This document shows, piece after piece, positions 8,325 through 17,461 of a DNA stretch of 64,000 nt (positions are counted from its first letter, which is position 1; every line of letters starts with the position of its first letter). Where the stretch lies: assembly GCA_049509875.1 (NCBI GenBank), contig JBEKZM010000008.1, forward strand, positions 42,125-106,124. The letters run 5' to 3'. The notes under the pieces are model-generated. The model was given only the letters and a program-made list of their open reading frames with translations. It was not told where the DNA came from and searched no databases. The translations under genes and the position numbers were made by a program. Origin of the DNA: Verrucomicrobiota bacterium (GTDB taxonomy: Bacteria > Verrucomicrobiota > Verrucomicrobiia > Limisphaerales > UBA11358).

Positions 8325-10070
8325 TCAAATTTGCACCGTGACGCCGGTGTCGCCCAGGGCCGCCCACGTCAGGCCGTTGAACGCGGGCACTTCCCTGGCC
8401 ATCTCATTGAATAGTCCTTCAATCGTCACGAAACCGTTCCGGCCGGTGACATGGTGGACGAGTTCATGCAGGAATTCCCACTCCGGCCGCGCATCGCCGG
8501 GCGCTTCCACGGCTTTCATGAACTTCTGCACGCGGCCCCGGGTGTTGGTAAACGTGCCGCGCTTTTCCGCATGGGCGCACCCGGGCAACACGTAGTGCGC
8601 CAGCCTCGTCGTCTCGTTCGGCAGAATATCACTCACGATGAGCGTGTCGAGCTTGGCCAGCAGTTCCGCGGTGAGCCCGTGTTCCTCCACCACCTCGCCG
8701 ACGGTTTCACGCTCGCGCAATTGTTCGTTGCTCACGCCGCGCTTGGCCAGGTTCTCGCCAAACACCATCAGCGTCTTGATCCGGCCCTGCGCAATGCCGT
8801 CGGCGATCTTCGCCAGGTTGATGCCCATCTCGGTGAAGCAAATGCCCGTAAGCCGCGCGCCATTGGTGTTCGGATTCTTGTCCGCGCTGACCAGCAGCTT
8901 GTCGCCCTCGCCCACGCGCGGGATGGCATCGCTCATCGCTCCCAGCCTGGCCTTCAATTTCGAGAGGAGCCAAAGTTCCTCGTTGGTCTGGCGCGCCGAG
9001 GCGATGATCGCCACGGACCCGGCCGGCGCCCGCCTGAGCTTGTCGGAAATTTCGTTCAGCGCCGCCGTCCACGTCGTCTTCTGCCCCCGCGCCAGCACGT
9101 CCTTCAACCGGTCGGCGCGCTGAATCCACTTGTAATTCAGGCGGCCCTCATCGCACATCCACGGACCGTTCACCGCATCATTGTCGCGCGGCGTGTAGCG
9201 GTAAATCTTCTCTTCGCGCGATCCAATGACCAGGCTGCAGCCCGTGCCGCAGCTCGTGCAGACGCTCTTGCTTTCCTTCAGGAACCACACGCGCATCTTG
9301 AACCGGAAATCCTTCGACGTCAGGGCGCCCACGGGGCAGATGTCCACCGTGTTCAGCGTGTAATTGTTGTCGAACGGCAGGCCGGGATAGGTCGAAATGG
9401 TGTTGTAGCTGCCGCGATTGATGATGCCCAGCGCGTCGTCATGCGCCACGTCGCGGGTGAAACGGATGCAGCGCGTGCAAAGGATGCAGCGTTCGGCATC
9501 GAGGACAATCCGCGGGCCGAGATCCACTGACTTGGGCTTGTGGACTTTCGGTTCCACGAACCGGCTCGTGCTCTGGCCGTAATCAATCGAATACTCCTGC
9601 AGCTTGCATTCGCCGGCCTGGTCGCAGATGGGGCAGTCGAGCGGATGGTTGATCAGCAGCGATTCGAGCACACCTTCGCGCATCTGCTTTACCCCGGGCG
9701 TCTGCGTGTAAATCTCCATTCCCGGCGAAATCGGCGTGGCGCACGCGATGGCCGGACGCGGCGACTTCGCGATTTTCGGCGTGCCATCGGCATTCATCAC
9801 CGGCTTGCGGTCCGGTCCGAGCGCCGGCGTGCCAAATTCCACCAGGCACATGCGACAATTGCCCGCCACCGGCAGCCTGGGATGCCAGCAATAATGCGGC
9901 ACGTCCACCCGGGCCAGCTCGCACGCCTGGATCATCGTCGTGGGCGTAAGCCGGCCCGACCAGTCGGCCGTCAGCCGCGGCACTTCAATTTCGCGCCCGT
10001 CCACCTTCACCTTGATTTTATCAATCGCCGGCGCGGCGGGCTTCGTTTCAGTTGTGGCAGCAGTGGACAT
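8325..10070 (-). CDS. nuoG: NADH-quinone oxidoreductase subunit G (short, 581 aa)
   Basis: N-terminal Fe-S cysteine clusters (NCRMCLVEF, HPLDCPICDQAGECKLQ, CILCTRCIRF, CPVGAL) followed by a molybdopterin-oxidoreductase-like domain. Confidence 0.92.
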   Translation of the reverse strand: MSTAATTETKPAAPAIDKIKVKVDGREIEVPRLTADWSGRLTPTTMIQACELARVDVPHYCWHPRLPVAGNCRMCLVEFGTPALGPDRKPVMNADGTPKIAKSPRPAIACATPISPGMEIYTQTPGVKQMREGVLESLLINHPLDCPICDQAGECKLQEYSIDYGQSTSRFVEPKVHKPKSVDLGPRIVLDAERCILCTRCIRFTRDVAHDDALGIINRGSYNTISTYPGLPFDNNYTLNTVDICPVGALTSKDFRFKMRVWFLKESKSVCTSCGTGCSLVIGSREEKIYRYTPRDNDAVNGPWMCDEGRLNYKWIQRADRLKDVLARGQKTTWTAALNEISDKLRRAPAGSVAIIASARQTNEELWLLSKLKARLGAMSDAIPRVGEGDKLLVSADKNPNTNGARLTGICFTEMGINLAKIADGIAQGRIKTLMVFGENLAKRGVSNEQLRERETVGEVVEEHGLTAELLAKLDTLIVSDILPNETTRLAHYVLPGCAHAEKRGTFTNTRGRVQKFMKAVEAPGDARPEWEFLHELVHHVTGRNGFVTIEGLFNEMAREVPAFNGLTWAALGDTGVTVQI

Positions 10071-10154
10071 TTTAAATCTTCAGCGAGACGACCGACGGAA
10101 CGGTCGAGGCCGCCCGCCCCGCCGTTCTTTTTAATCTGCGTCCGGCTGTGTTCA

Positions 10155-11609
10155 TCAGTGGTTGATCAATTCTTGGGCTGGTGGCTTTTGGTCCGCCAGC
10201 GCAGATGTTTTCCGTTCAACGGCCTCCTTCGCGCGGCGGTCCTCGTCGGCCTTGCCCTTGGCCACGAATTCGTCCTTGAACTTGGCCACGAAGCTCTGCA
10301 CCGGCCAGGAACAGGCTTCCCCGAACGCGCAGATGGTGCGCCCGCCGGGAATGTTGTCGGCAATCTTGACCAGGTAATCCGCGTCGTCGGCCCGGCCTTC
10401 GCCGTGCGTCAGGCGATGCAGCGCCTTGCTCATCCAGAGCGAGCCCTCGCGGCAGGGCGTGCACTGGCCGCAGCTCTCATGCGCGTAAAAGTCACTGAGG
10501 TTCGCCAGCGCTTCCACGATGTCCGTCGAGTCGTCCATGACGATGATCGCGCTGGAACCGCTCATCGAGCCGGCGGCAGCCAGCGAATCGAAATCGTAAG
10601 GCAAATCCAGCATGTCCGTTTCCACCAGAACGTCCTTGCCCGTGGCGTCTTTTCGCTTGAGTTTGAACTTCTCGCCCGCCTTGAAAATTTTCGCCGACGA
10701 GCCGCCGGGAATCACCGCCTTCAAGGTCCGGCCCTCGCGGAGTCCGCCGCCAAATTTCGGATCGTTGATGAGTTCGCCAATCGTCGCCTTGCCCGTTTCG
10801 ATTTCGTAATAACCCGGCCGTTTCACCTGGCCGCTGAGGCTCACGATGCGCGTGCCCGTGTTGTTCGGCGTGCCCAGCCTGGCAAACGCCGCGCCGCCCA
10901 TAGCCACGATGTGCTTCACGTTGCACAGCGTCTCCACGTTGTTGACAATTGTCGGGCACATCCACAAGCCCAGCACCGCCGGAAAGTACGGCGGCTTGAT
11001 GCGTGGATACGGCCGCTTGCCCTCCAGCGATTCGATGAGGCCCGTTTCCTCGCCGCAGATATAGGCGCCGGCGCCGCGGTGCACGTAAATCTCCAGCTCG
11101 TAGCCGGAGCCCAGGATGTTCCGGCCCAGAAAGTTCTGCTGGCGGGCCTCCTGCAGGGCGCGGTTCAATATCTTCGCGCCTTCGGGCATCTCGCCCCGGA
11201 TGTAGATGTAGGCCAGCTTCACGTCATTCGCGAAGCAGGAGATGATCATGCCTTCGATGAGCTGGTGCGGATCCTTGTGAATAATCTGCCGGTCCTTGAA
11301 CGTGCCCGGCTCGGATTCATCCGCATTGCAGATCAGGTAAATCGGCTTGCCGCTCTTGCGATCCACAAAACTCCACTTCAAGCCGCACGAAAAACCGGCG
11401 CCGCCGCGCCCGCGCAGGCCGGAAATCTTGACGTCCTCCCGGATTTGCTCCTGCGCCGGAATTTTCTTGCCGTCCGGCAAGTCCTTGGGCGGCAGGGCCA
11501 GCGCCTTCTTCAGGTCCGCATAGCCGCCATGACGCAAATAGCATTCGAGGTCCGGGGTGTAACCCGGCTCGTCAGCGTGCTTCAAAACTAATCTGTATTC
11601 CTGCGCCAT
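10155..11609 (-). CDS. nuoF: NADH-quinone oxidoreductase subunit F
   Basis: GLRGRGGAGFSCGLKW (FMN/NADH site) and ESCGQCTPCREG (4Fe-4S). Carries a ~45-aa charged C-terminal tail. Confidence 0.93.
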   Translation of the reverse strand: MAQEYRLVLKHADEPGYTPDLECYLRHGGYADLKKALALPPKDLPDGKKIPAQEQIREDVKISGLRGRGGAGFSCGLKWSFVDRKSGKPIYLICNADESEPGTFKDRQIIHKDPHQLIEGMIISCFANDVKLAYIYIRGEMPEGAKILNRALQEARQQNFLGRNILGSGYELEIYVHRGAGAYICGEETGLIESLEGKRPYPRIKPPYFPAVLGLWMCPTIVNNVETLCNVKHIVAMGGAAFARLGTPNNTGTRIVSLSGQVKRPGYYEIETGKATIGELINDPKFGGGLREGRTLKAVIPGGSSAKIFKAGEKFKLKRKDATGKDVLVETDMLDLPYDFDSLAAAGSMSGSSAIIVMDDSTDIVEALANLSDFYAHESCGQCTPCREGSLWMSKALHRLTHGEGRADDADYLVKIADNIPGGRTICAFGEACSWPVQSFVAKFKDEFVAKGKADEDRRAKEAVERKTSALADQKPPAQELINH

Positions 11610-11657
11610 AGCAACTTGACTCTTAAATAAATCTGTTTAGCCTAGTCCATCCCATCC

Positions 11658-11731
11658 TGCCCGATGGTGTAACGGTAGCACAGCAGACTCTGGATCTGTT
11701 TGTCATGGTTCAAATCCATGTCGGGCAGCCA
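11658..11731 (+). tRNA. tRNA-Gln (anticodon CTG)
   Basis: Hand-folded cloverleaf. Acceptor stem TGCCCGA/TCGGGCA is perfect. D arm GTGT-AACGGTA-GCAC. Anticodon stem GCAGA/TCTGT with loop CTCTGGA (anticodon CTG). T arm CATGG-TTCAAAT-CCATG. Discriminator G plus encoded CCA. Confidence 0.9.
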
Positions 11732-11786
11732 GCTTCCCCTTCGCCCACGAACGATTTGCCATTGACGAAGTGCATCGGCGTTCCGA

Positions 11787-12272
11787 TCACTGGCAACCGG
11801 CCACGATTTCGTCGGCCTGCTGGTGGCTGACGCCTTCGTAAAACTTGTCGCCCACCATCATCACCGGCGCCGTGCCGCAACTCGCCAGGCACTCCACAAA
11901 TTCAACGGTGAACTTGCCGTCCGGCGTGGTTTGCGGACCGTGCTTGTGCGGGTCCAGACCCAGTTTCTGGCAAAAATGCCCGTGCAATTGATAAGCGCCC
12001 CCCAGCGCGCAGCTCAACGTGCGGCAGACCTTGATTTGGTACCGGCCTTGCGGCTCCTGCCGCAGCATCGGGTAAAACGTGACAATCTCATAGACGTTGA
12101 TCGGCTGCAGCTCCAGTTTCCTGGCCGTCCACTCCACCGCCGCCTGCGAGATCCAGCCAAACTGCTCCTGGATGGCGTGCAGCACCATCAACGACGCCGC
12201 GCGTTTGACGGGGTAATGCGTGATCAGCTCGTCAACTTCGGCTTCCATCTGTTTGGTCACTTGAAAGCTCAT
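11787..12272 (-). CDS. nuoE: NADH-quinone oxidoreductase subunit E
   Basis: 161 aa with 2Fe-2S thioredoxin-like motifs CRTLSC...CLASCGTAP. Overlaps the nuoD stop by 4 nt. Confidence 0.92.
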   Translation of the reverse strand: MSFQVTKQMEAEVDELITHYPVKRAASLMVLHAIQEQFGWISQAAVEWTARKLELQPINVYEIVTFYPMLRQEPQGRYQIKVCRTLSCALGGAYQLHGHFCQKLGLDPHKHGPQTTPDGKFTVEFVECLASCGTAPVMMVGDKFYEGVSHQQADEIVAGCQ

Positions 12273-13543
12273 CGGTCGCTCTCCCCCATCACAAAATCCA
12301 GCGAGCCCAGCACCACCGGCACGTCGCTGATCATGCAGCCCGGCAGCAGGTGGCCCAGGATGCTCAGATTGATGAAACTCGGCCCGCGGATTTTCAGCCG
12401 GTAGGGCACGCCGCCGCCCCGGCTGTTGATGTAAAAACCCAGTTCGCCCTTCGGATTCTCGTGGCCGAAATAGACTTCACCGGGCGGACAATTCACGCCT
12501 TCCGTCACCAGCATGAACTGATGAATCAGCTCCTCCATGCTGGTCAACACCTTCTGTTTGTCCGGCAGCGTGATTTTTCCATCCGGAAGGCAGACCGGCT
12601 CTTTCGCGTCATTGTCCCAGCCACCGGGGATTTTTTGCAGGCATTGCCGCAAAATGCGCGCGCTCTGCCGCATTTCCTCCATGCGCACCAGATAGCGGTC
12701 GTAGCAATCGCCCGCTGATCCCAGCGCCACGTCAAATTCCAAGTCCGGATAGCACAGGTACGGCTTGTTCTTGCGCAAGTCCCAGTCCACGCCGCTGCCC
12801 CGCAGATTCGGTCCGCTCAAGCCGTAGTCAATCGCCATTTCCTTCGACACCACCGCCAAGTCGCGCAGGCGATCCACCCAGATGCGGTTGCGCGTGAGCA
12901 GCGTCTCGGCCTCGCCGAGGGCTACTTCAAATTCATCGCAGAACTGCTTTACCTGCCCGCACCAGGTTGGCGGCACGTCCCGCATCAAACCGCCAATGCG
13001 CGTGTAACTGGTCGTCAGCCGCGCCCCGCTGGCGGCCTCGGCCAGATTATAGATCTTCTCGCGCTCGGTGAACGTCAGCAAAAACACCGTCACCGCGCCC
13101 GTGTCCATCGCAAACGCGCCCAGCCCCAGCAAATGGGCCGATATGCGCGCCAGCTCGCAGCACATCACCCGGAGGTACTGGCAGCGCGGCGGCAGGTTCT
13201 TTTCCACCCCCAGCAGCTTTTCCACCGCCAGCGCATAGGCCACGTTGTTGGCCAGCGGCGCCAGGTAATCCAGCCGGTCCGTGTACGGGATGAACTGGGT
13301 GTACGTCATGTTCTCGGCGATCTTTTCGTCGCCGCGGTGGAGGTAGCCCACGTCCGGATCCGCCTTGGTGATGACCTCGCCGTCCAGTTCCAGCACAATC
13401 CGCAGGACACCGTGCGTGGCTGGATGAGACGGCCCCATGTTCAGGACCATTCTTTCGCCCTGCGCGTCCTGCAGCTCTTCCGCCGCCTGCGCAACGCGCG
13501 CGGCGGAATCGCCAATTTCCATGTCTTGAAGCTCGGGCATCAA
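12269..13543 (-). CDS. nuoD: NADH-quinone oxidoreductase subunit D
   Basis: 424-aa 49-kDa-subunit homologue (MVLNMGPSHPATHGVLR...LGSLDFVMGESDR). Confidence 0.93.
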   Translation of the reverse strand: MMPELQDMEIGDSAARVAQAAEELQDAQGERMVLNMGPSHPATHGVLRIVLELDGEVITKADPDVGYLHRGDEKIAENMTYTQFIPYTDRLDYLAPLANNVAYALAVEKLLGVEKNLPPRCQYLRVMCCELARISAHLLGLGAFAMDTGAVTVFLLTFTEREKIYNLAEAASGARLTTSYTRIGGLMRDVPPTWCGQVKQFCDEFEVALGEAETLLTRNRIWVDRLRDLAVVSKEMAIDYGLSGPNLRGSGVDWDLRKNKPYLCYPDLEFDVALGSAGDCYDRYLVRMEEMRQSARILRQCLQKIPGGWDNDAKEPVCLPDGKITLPDKQKVLTSMEELIHQFMLVTEGVNCPPGEVYFGHENPKGELGFYINSRGGGVPYRLKIRGPSFINLSILGHLLPGCMISDVPVVLGSLDFVMGESDR

Positions 13544-13544
13544 A

Positions 13545-14228
13545 TCATTTCTTTTCGATCGGCCCCGGTCCGAAGGCCTGGCCGCGCATCTCTTTGTTGT
13601 CCCGGCGGGCTTCCACCCGTGCGTTCATCTCCACTGCTTCGTCCTCTGGAGTGCGTACGCGCGGCTCTCTGGCAATGGAATCGTTCCCCCCGGCCACCGT
13701 TACAAATGGTCCGCCCTCCATCGGCGTCACTCGCGTGAACGCCACACCGGGCAAATCGGTCGGCTTGCCCGCCAGCGGAAAATCCTTCCGCAGCGGATGA
13801 TAAGGGTACCCCTCCCACATCAAAATTCGGCGCAGGTCAGGATGGCCGCTGAACCGGATACCCATCATGTCGTAAATTTCCCGCTCATGCCAGTTGGCCG
13901 TCCGCCAGATCCCAACCACGCTCGGAAGCTCCGATTTCTCCTCGCTTACATTCGTTTTTAGTCGAATTTCCGTTCCATTAACGATAGCGCGGAGATGATA
14001 GACCACCGTCCATCGCGGATCCTCGCCATAATTGTCCACACTCGAAATATCGACGAGGTAGTTGAATCCGATGATCTTGCCAAAATCGCATACCTCCGCA
14101 ATTCTCTGCGGATCGGAAACTCTTAAGGTAATGTCTCCCCGAAATTCGTCCGGTCCGGTGAGGAGATCACCGAATTTGGCTTTGATGGCGTTGGCGGCTT
14201 CGAGAGCGGTCATTGTCAGTGGCGTCAC
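13545..14228 (-). CDS. nuoC: NADH-quinone oxidoreductase subunit C
   Basis: 30-kDa-subunit motif ANWHEREIYDMMGIRFSGHPDLRRIL. 227 aa with a short charged C-terminal tail. Confidence 0.92.
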   Translation of the reverse strand: MTPLTMTALEAANAIKAKFGDLLTGPDEFRGDITLRVSDPQRIAEVCDFGKIIGFNYLVDISSVDNYGEDPRWTVVYHLRAIVNGTEIRLKTNVSEEKSELPSVVGIWRTANWHEREIYDMMGIRFSGHPDLRRILMWEGYPYHPLRKDFPLAGKPTDLPGVAFTRVTPMEGGPFVTVAGGNDSIAREPRVRTPEDEAVEMNARVEARRDNKEMRGQAFGPGPIEKK

Positions 14229-14318
14229 GAATGACTAAATCCCGAGGCACGCCGCCGGTCCCCGCCGCGATGCGTCATTCGGAAATTTGCAAATTCTTTG
14301 GTCATTAGGATTTAGGAC

Positions 14319-14876
14319 TTAATCACTCGCTTCCGTCCCCGTTCCGTGCAGCCGCAGCGCCTTGGCAATCACCGTGTCCTGCAAAACCGGCTGTTTTCCA
14401 ATTTTTTCCTGAATCCTCATCAGCGCGTCGAGGACCGCCTCCGGCCGCGGCGGACACCCGCTAATATACACATCCACCGGCACAATGTTATCCACCCCCT
14501 GCAACACCGCGTAGCTTCGGTACATTCCGCCCGTCGAGGCGCACGCGCCCATCGCGATGCACCATTTGGGTTCGGGCATCTGGTCCCAGATCCGCCTGAG
14601 CGAGCCGGCCATTTTGTAAGTGACTGTTCCCGCCACAATCATGCAGTCCGACTGTCGGGGCGAAAACCGCATCACCTCGGAGCCAAAGCGGGAAATATCG
14701 TAGCGGCTGGCGCCCGCGGCCATCAGCTCAATGGCGCAACAGGCCAGCCCCATGGGCATCGGCCACACGGAGTTCTTTCGAAACCAGGCCAGCGCGGCAT
14801 CCACGGTGGTCAGCACCACATCGCCTTCAATTTTTGAATTGTAGCCGAATTCGATCTGTTCGGTTTGTGCCTGCAT
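14319..14876 (-). CDS. nuoB: NADH-quinone oxidoreductase subunit B
   Basis: [14 protein letters not shown] and GCPPRPEA motifs. The track ORF (to 15206) is trimmed to the ATG at 14876-14874 ([10 protein letters not shown]...). The upstream 110 codons are Arg/Ala-rich and read through a repeat element. Confidence 0.9.
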   Translation of the reverse strand: MQAQTEQIEFGYNSKIEGDVVLTTVDAALAWFRKNSVWPMPMGLACCAIELMAAGASRYDISRFGSEVMRFSPRQSDCMIVAGTVTYKMAGSLRRIWDQMPEPKWCIAMGACASTGGMYRSYAVLQGVDNIVPVDVYISGCPPRPEAVLDALMRIQEKIGKQPVLQDTVIAKALRLHGTGTEASD

Positions 14877-15060
14877 CTTGTCTCCAAAATAAAACGAATA
14901 CGCCCCTGCAAACAGGCGCAGCTTCAGCCTAACCGCCGGCCGAAATAGCGGCAAGTTTAAATTGTGATTTTTTTCACAAGCAAATCTATTCAACTCCTTT
15001 TGACTCCCAGGAGAACGTGGCCAGGCTGTGTCCTGGCGGCGCGGCTTCGCACTGCCCGCG

Positions 15061-15178
15061 GCAGCGCGGCTCCGTGAGCCGCAGCAACTGATGAATTCTC
15101 GCTGCGGCCATGTTGCCACGCGTTTTGACTGGCAATAATGCCGCGGGCCGCAGACCCGCGCTCTTTGTTGGGGGGCAG
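15061..15178 (-). repeat. Palindromic intergenic repeat, family R1, copy a (inverted relative to copies b and c)
   Basis: The reverse complement reads ctgccccccaacaaagagcgcgggtctgcgg..attattgccagtcaaaacgcgtg..gaattcatcagttgctgcggctcacggagccgcgctgc. It shares an identical 22-mer (ttattgccagtcaaaacgcgtg) with 62447-62636, and the same module order as 57748-57995. Confidence 0.85.
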
Positions 15179-15265
15179 TGGCGAGCTGCGCCCCCCCGGC
15201 GAACACCCGTCTCCCTTTTGTTGGACAAACGCCCGCCCTTCGTGTGAACTTTACTCCGCTTTACC

Positions 15266-17047
15266 TTGAACTCGACCGCCAACGTTGCACGCGCCGAGCA
15301 CCGGACATCGCTGCGGGTCCAGGCCGCCGGCGAGTTTTCCGCTGTGCGCTCAGCAGTCGCCCAGATCGATGCCTGGCTCGCCGAGCTCGGCATTACGGAA
15401 GCCGACCGCGGTGCCTGGGAGCTCACGCTCATGGAGGCCGGCAACAATGCCGTAAAATATTCCGACCCCGAAGCGCGCCGGCAGCCCATCCTCTTCGAAC
15501 TCTCCGCCGGCGCTCGCGACATCGAAGCCCGCGTCACCGACCATACCGCCGGCTTTGACTGGCCGGCCGAGGTCGCCTTGCCCGCGCCGGACGCCGAACA
15601 TGGACGCGGCCTCTATCTCATGCAGTCGCTGACGGATGAAATCTTTTATCTTCGGAATCCCCGGCAAAACGTGCTGGTCATGCGGCGCTTGCGGCACACG
15701 GGCGACAATGTTCTGCCCGATCCCGGTGACTTGCAGCGTCGCCTGGCCCAGGCGGAATCCGCGTTGACCGAAATGACCGCCGAGCTGGCCGCCAGCTACG
15801 AGAGCCTGGTGGCCGTCTTTCGTTACAGCTCTGAATTGGGCGGGCACGCCAACCTCACGGATTTTTCGAATCGCCTGTTGCGCGATCTAATGCCGATTGC
15901 CGAGGCCGATATCCTTGTGCTGCGCCTTCTGGCACCCGATGGGAAAAGGCTGGAAACCGCCCTCGTGCTGCCCGACCCGGGTGTCGCCAAGCTTGCGCCC
16001 ATCGCGCTGGCCGACGAATCCGCGAAATCGGCGGAGACGCGCGCCGCCCGCTCCCGCATGGACATCTGGTTCAGCCCCGAGGAAGCGTTGGATCCGCATG
16101 ATCCGTTGCGCGCCGCCATTTCCGTGGGCAACGGTATTTGCCACGCGTTTTTCGTCGCCGATCAGCTGGTCGGCACGGCCGTTCTGGGGCGGCTGGCGGC
16201 CAACAAACCTTTCACCGCCGCGCAGGTCAATCTGCTCCACACGTTCGTCGATTTCCTGGCCATTCAAATCGTCAATGCCCGCTTGTTGGATGAGCGCACA
16301 GCCGCGCGCGTCACCCGGCGCGAACTGGAAATCGCCGCCGACATCCAGCGCTCGCTCCTGCCGGCGCAGCTTCCGGCCTGCCCGCCCTTCTCACTGGCGG
16401 CCAGTTGCCAGAGCGCCCTGCAAATCGGCGGTGATTTCTATGACGTCATCCCCGCCGGCGAGGGGGCCGTCCTCCTGATTATTGCCGACGTCATGGGCAA
16501 GGGTGTGCCGGCCGCGCTGTTTGCCGCCGTATTGCGCAGCACCGTCCGCTCCATGAGCCAGCTCTTCGCCCAGCCCGGCGAACTCCTCAGCGCGACCAAC
16601 CGGACGCTCTTTCCCGACTTGTCGCGCGTGAACATGTTCATTACCGCCACCCTCGTTTACGTGGATTCCCACCGCGGCGGAATGATCTCGGCTTGCGCCG
16701 GTCATTGCCCGCTGCTCTTCTGGGGGCCTGGCGCGGGCGGAAACCTCCCCAGCCAGGCCGGTTTTCCGCTCGGCATCGAGGCCGAAACCAGCTACCGCCA
16801 GACGGTCAGCCCCCTGCCGCCCGGCACGGCCGCGTTGCTCTATACGGACGGGCTCAGCGAGGCCCGCAACACCGCCGGCGAACAGTTCGGCGAGACGCGG
16901 CTGCAACAGGCGTTCGCCGAGGCCGCCGCCCAGACGCACGACGCTGAAGCCGCGAAGGCCGTTCTGCTGCGTCGCCTCGCGGACTTTCGCGGCCAGGCCG
17001 CCCTCACCGACGACCAGACCCTGATTTTAATCCGGCACCTTTCATGA
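15266..17047 (+). CDS. Fusion protein: RsbW-like HATPase (anti-sigma serine kinase-like) + GAF-like region + PP2C/SpoIIE phosphatase
   Basis: N-terminus ELTLMEAGNNAVKYS...HGRGLYLMQSLTDEI. C-terminus GGDFYDVIP...IADVMGKGVPAALFAA...LYTDGLSEA...DDQTLILIR. The ORF opens with TTG at 15266 and there is no nearby ATG, so the start is uncertain. Confidence 0.8.
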   Translation: MNSTANVARAEHRTSLRVQAAGEFSAVRSAVAQIDAWLAELGITEADRGAWELTLMEAGNNAVKYSDPEARRQPILFELSAGARDIEARVTDHTAGFDWPAEVALPAPDAEHGRGLYLMQSLTDEIFYLRNPRQNVLVMRRLRHTGDNVLPDPGDLQRRLAQAESALTEMTAELAASYESLVAVFRYSSELGGHANLTDFSNRLLRDLMPIAEADILVLRLLAPDGKRLETALVLPDPGVAKLAPIALADESAKSAETRAARSRMDIWFSPEEALDPHDPLRAAISVGNGICHAFFVADQLVGTAVLGRLAANKPFTAAQVNLLHTFVDFLAIQIVNARLLDERTAARVTRRELEIAADIQRSLLPAQLPACPPFSLAASCQSALQIGGDFYDVIPAGEGAVLLIIADVMGKGVPAALFAAVLRSTVRSMSQLFAQPGELLSATNRTLFPDLSRVNMFITATLVYVDSHRGGMISACAGHCPLLFWGPGAGGNLPSQAGFPLGIEAETSYRQTVSPLPPGTAALLYTDGLSEARNTAGEQFGETRLQQAFAEAAAQTHDAEAAKAVLLRRLADFRGQAALTDDQTLILIRHLS

Positions 17048-17460
17048 ATCCTGCCAATCCCCAAAAAATTCTCATCGCCGACGACGAAATCTACATGCTT
17101 CGCCTGCTGGACATGACCTTCAAAAAAGGCGGCTACGCCGTCATCAGTTGCCGGGACGGCCAGGAAGCCCTGGCCTTGGCCGCCACCGCGCAGCCGAGCC
17201 TCATCGTTTTGGATATCATGATGCCGGGCCTGGACGGATTGGGCGCCCTGCGGCAATTGAAAGGAAATCCGGCCACCCGCGGTATTCCCGTGGTGGTGCT
17301 CTCCGCCAAGGGCCACGCACTGACGCGGGCCGAGGCCGTACTCGCCGGCGCCGTCCTCTTCCTCGCCAAACCATTCAGCCCAAATCAACTCCTGAGCGAG
17401 ACCAAAAAAATTCTCACCCCTTCCGCGCCGGAAACCCCTCCTGACTCCGGGAAGCCTTGA
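17044..17460 (+). CDS. Single-domain response regulator (CheY-like receiver)
   Basis: ILIADDE...LIVLDIMMPGLDG...VVVLSAKG. ATGA overlap with the upstream PP2C fusion gene. Confidence 0.88.
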   Translation: MNPANPQKILIADDEIYMLRLLDMTFKKGGYAVISCRDGQEALALAATAQPSLIVLDIMMPGLDGLGALRQLKGNPATRGIPVVVLSAKGHALTRAEAVLAGAVLFLAKPFSPNQLLSETKKILTPSAPETPPDSGKP

Positions 17461-17461
17461 A

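Noticed and set aside
9540-11591. 683-aa plus-strand ORF across nuoG/nuoF
   Set aside because: It is antisense to two well-supported nuo genes and spans their intergenic gap. Arg/Ala-rich, no motifs.
14986-15537. 183-aa minus-strand ORF upstream of nuoB, considered as a candidate nuoA
   Set aside because: It is not hydrophobic. Its C-terminal part (..[13 protein letters not shown]..) is the translation of repeat R1, and its N-terminal part is antisense to the PP2C fusion gene.
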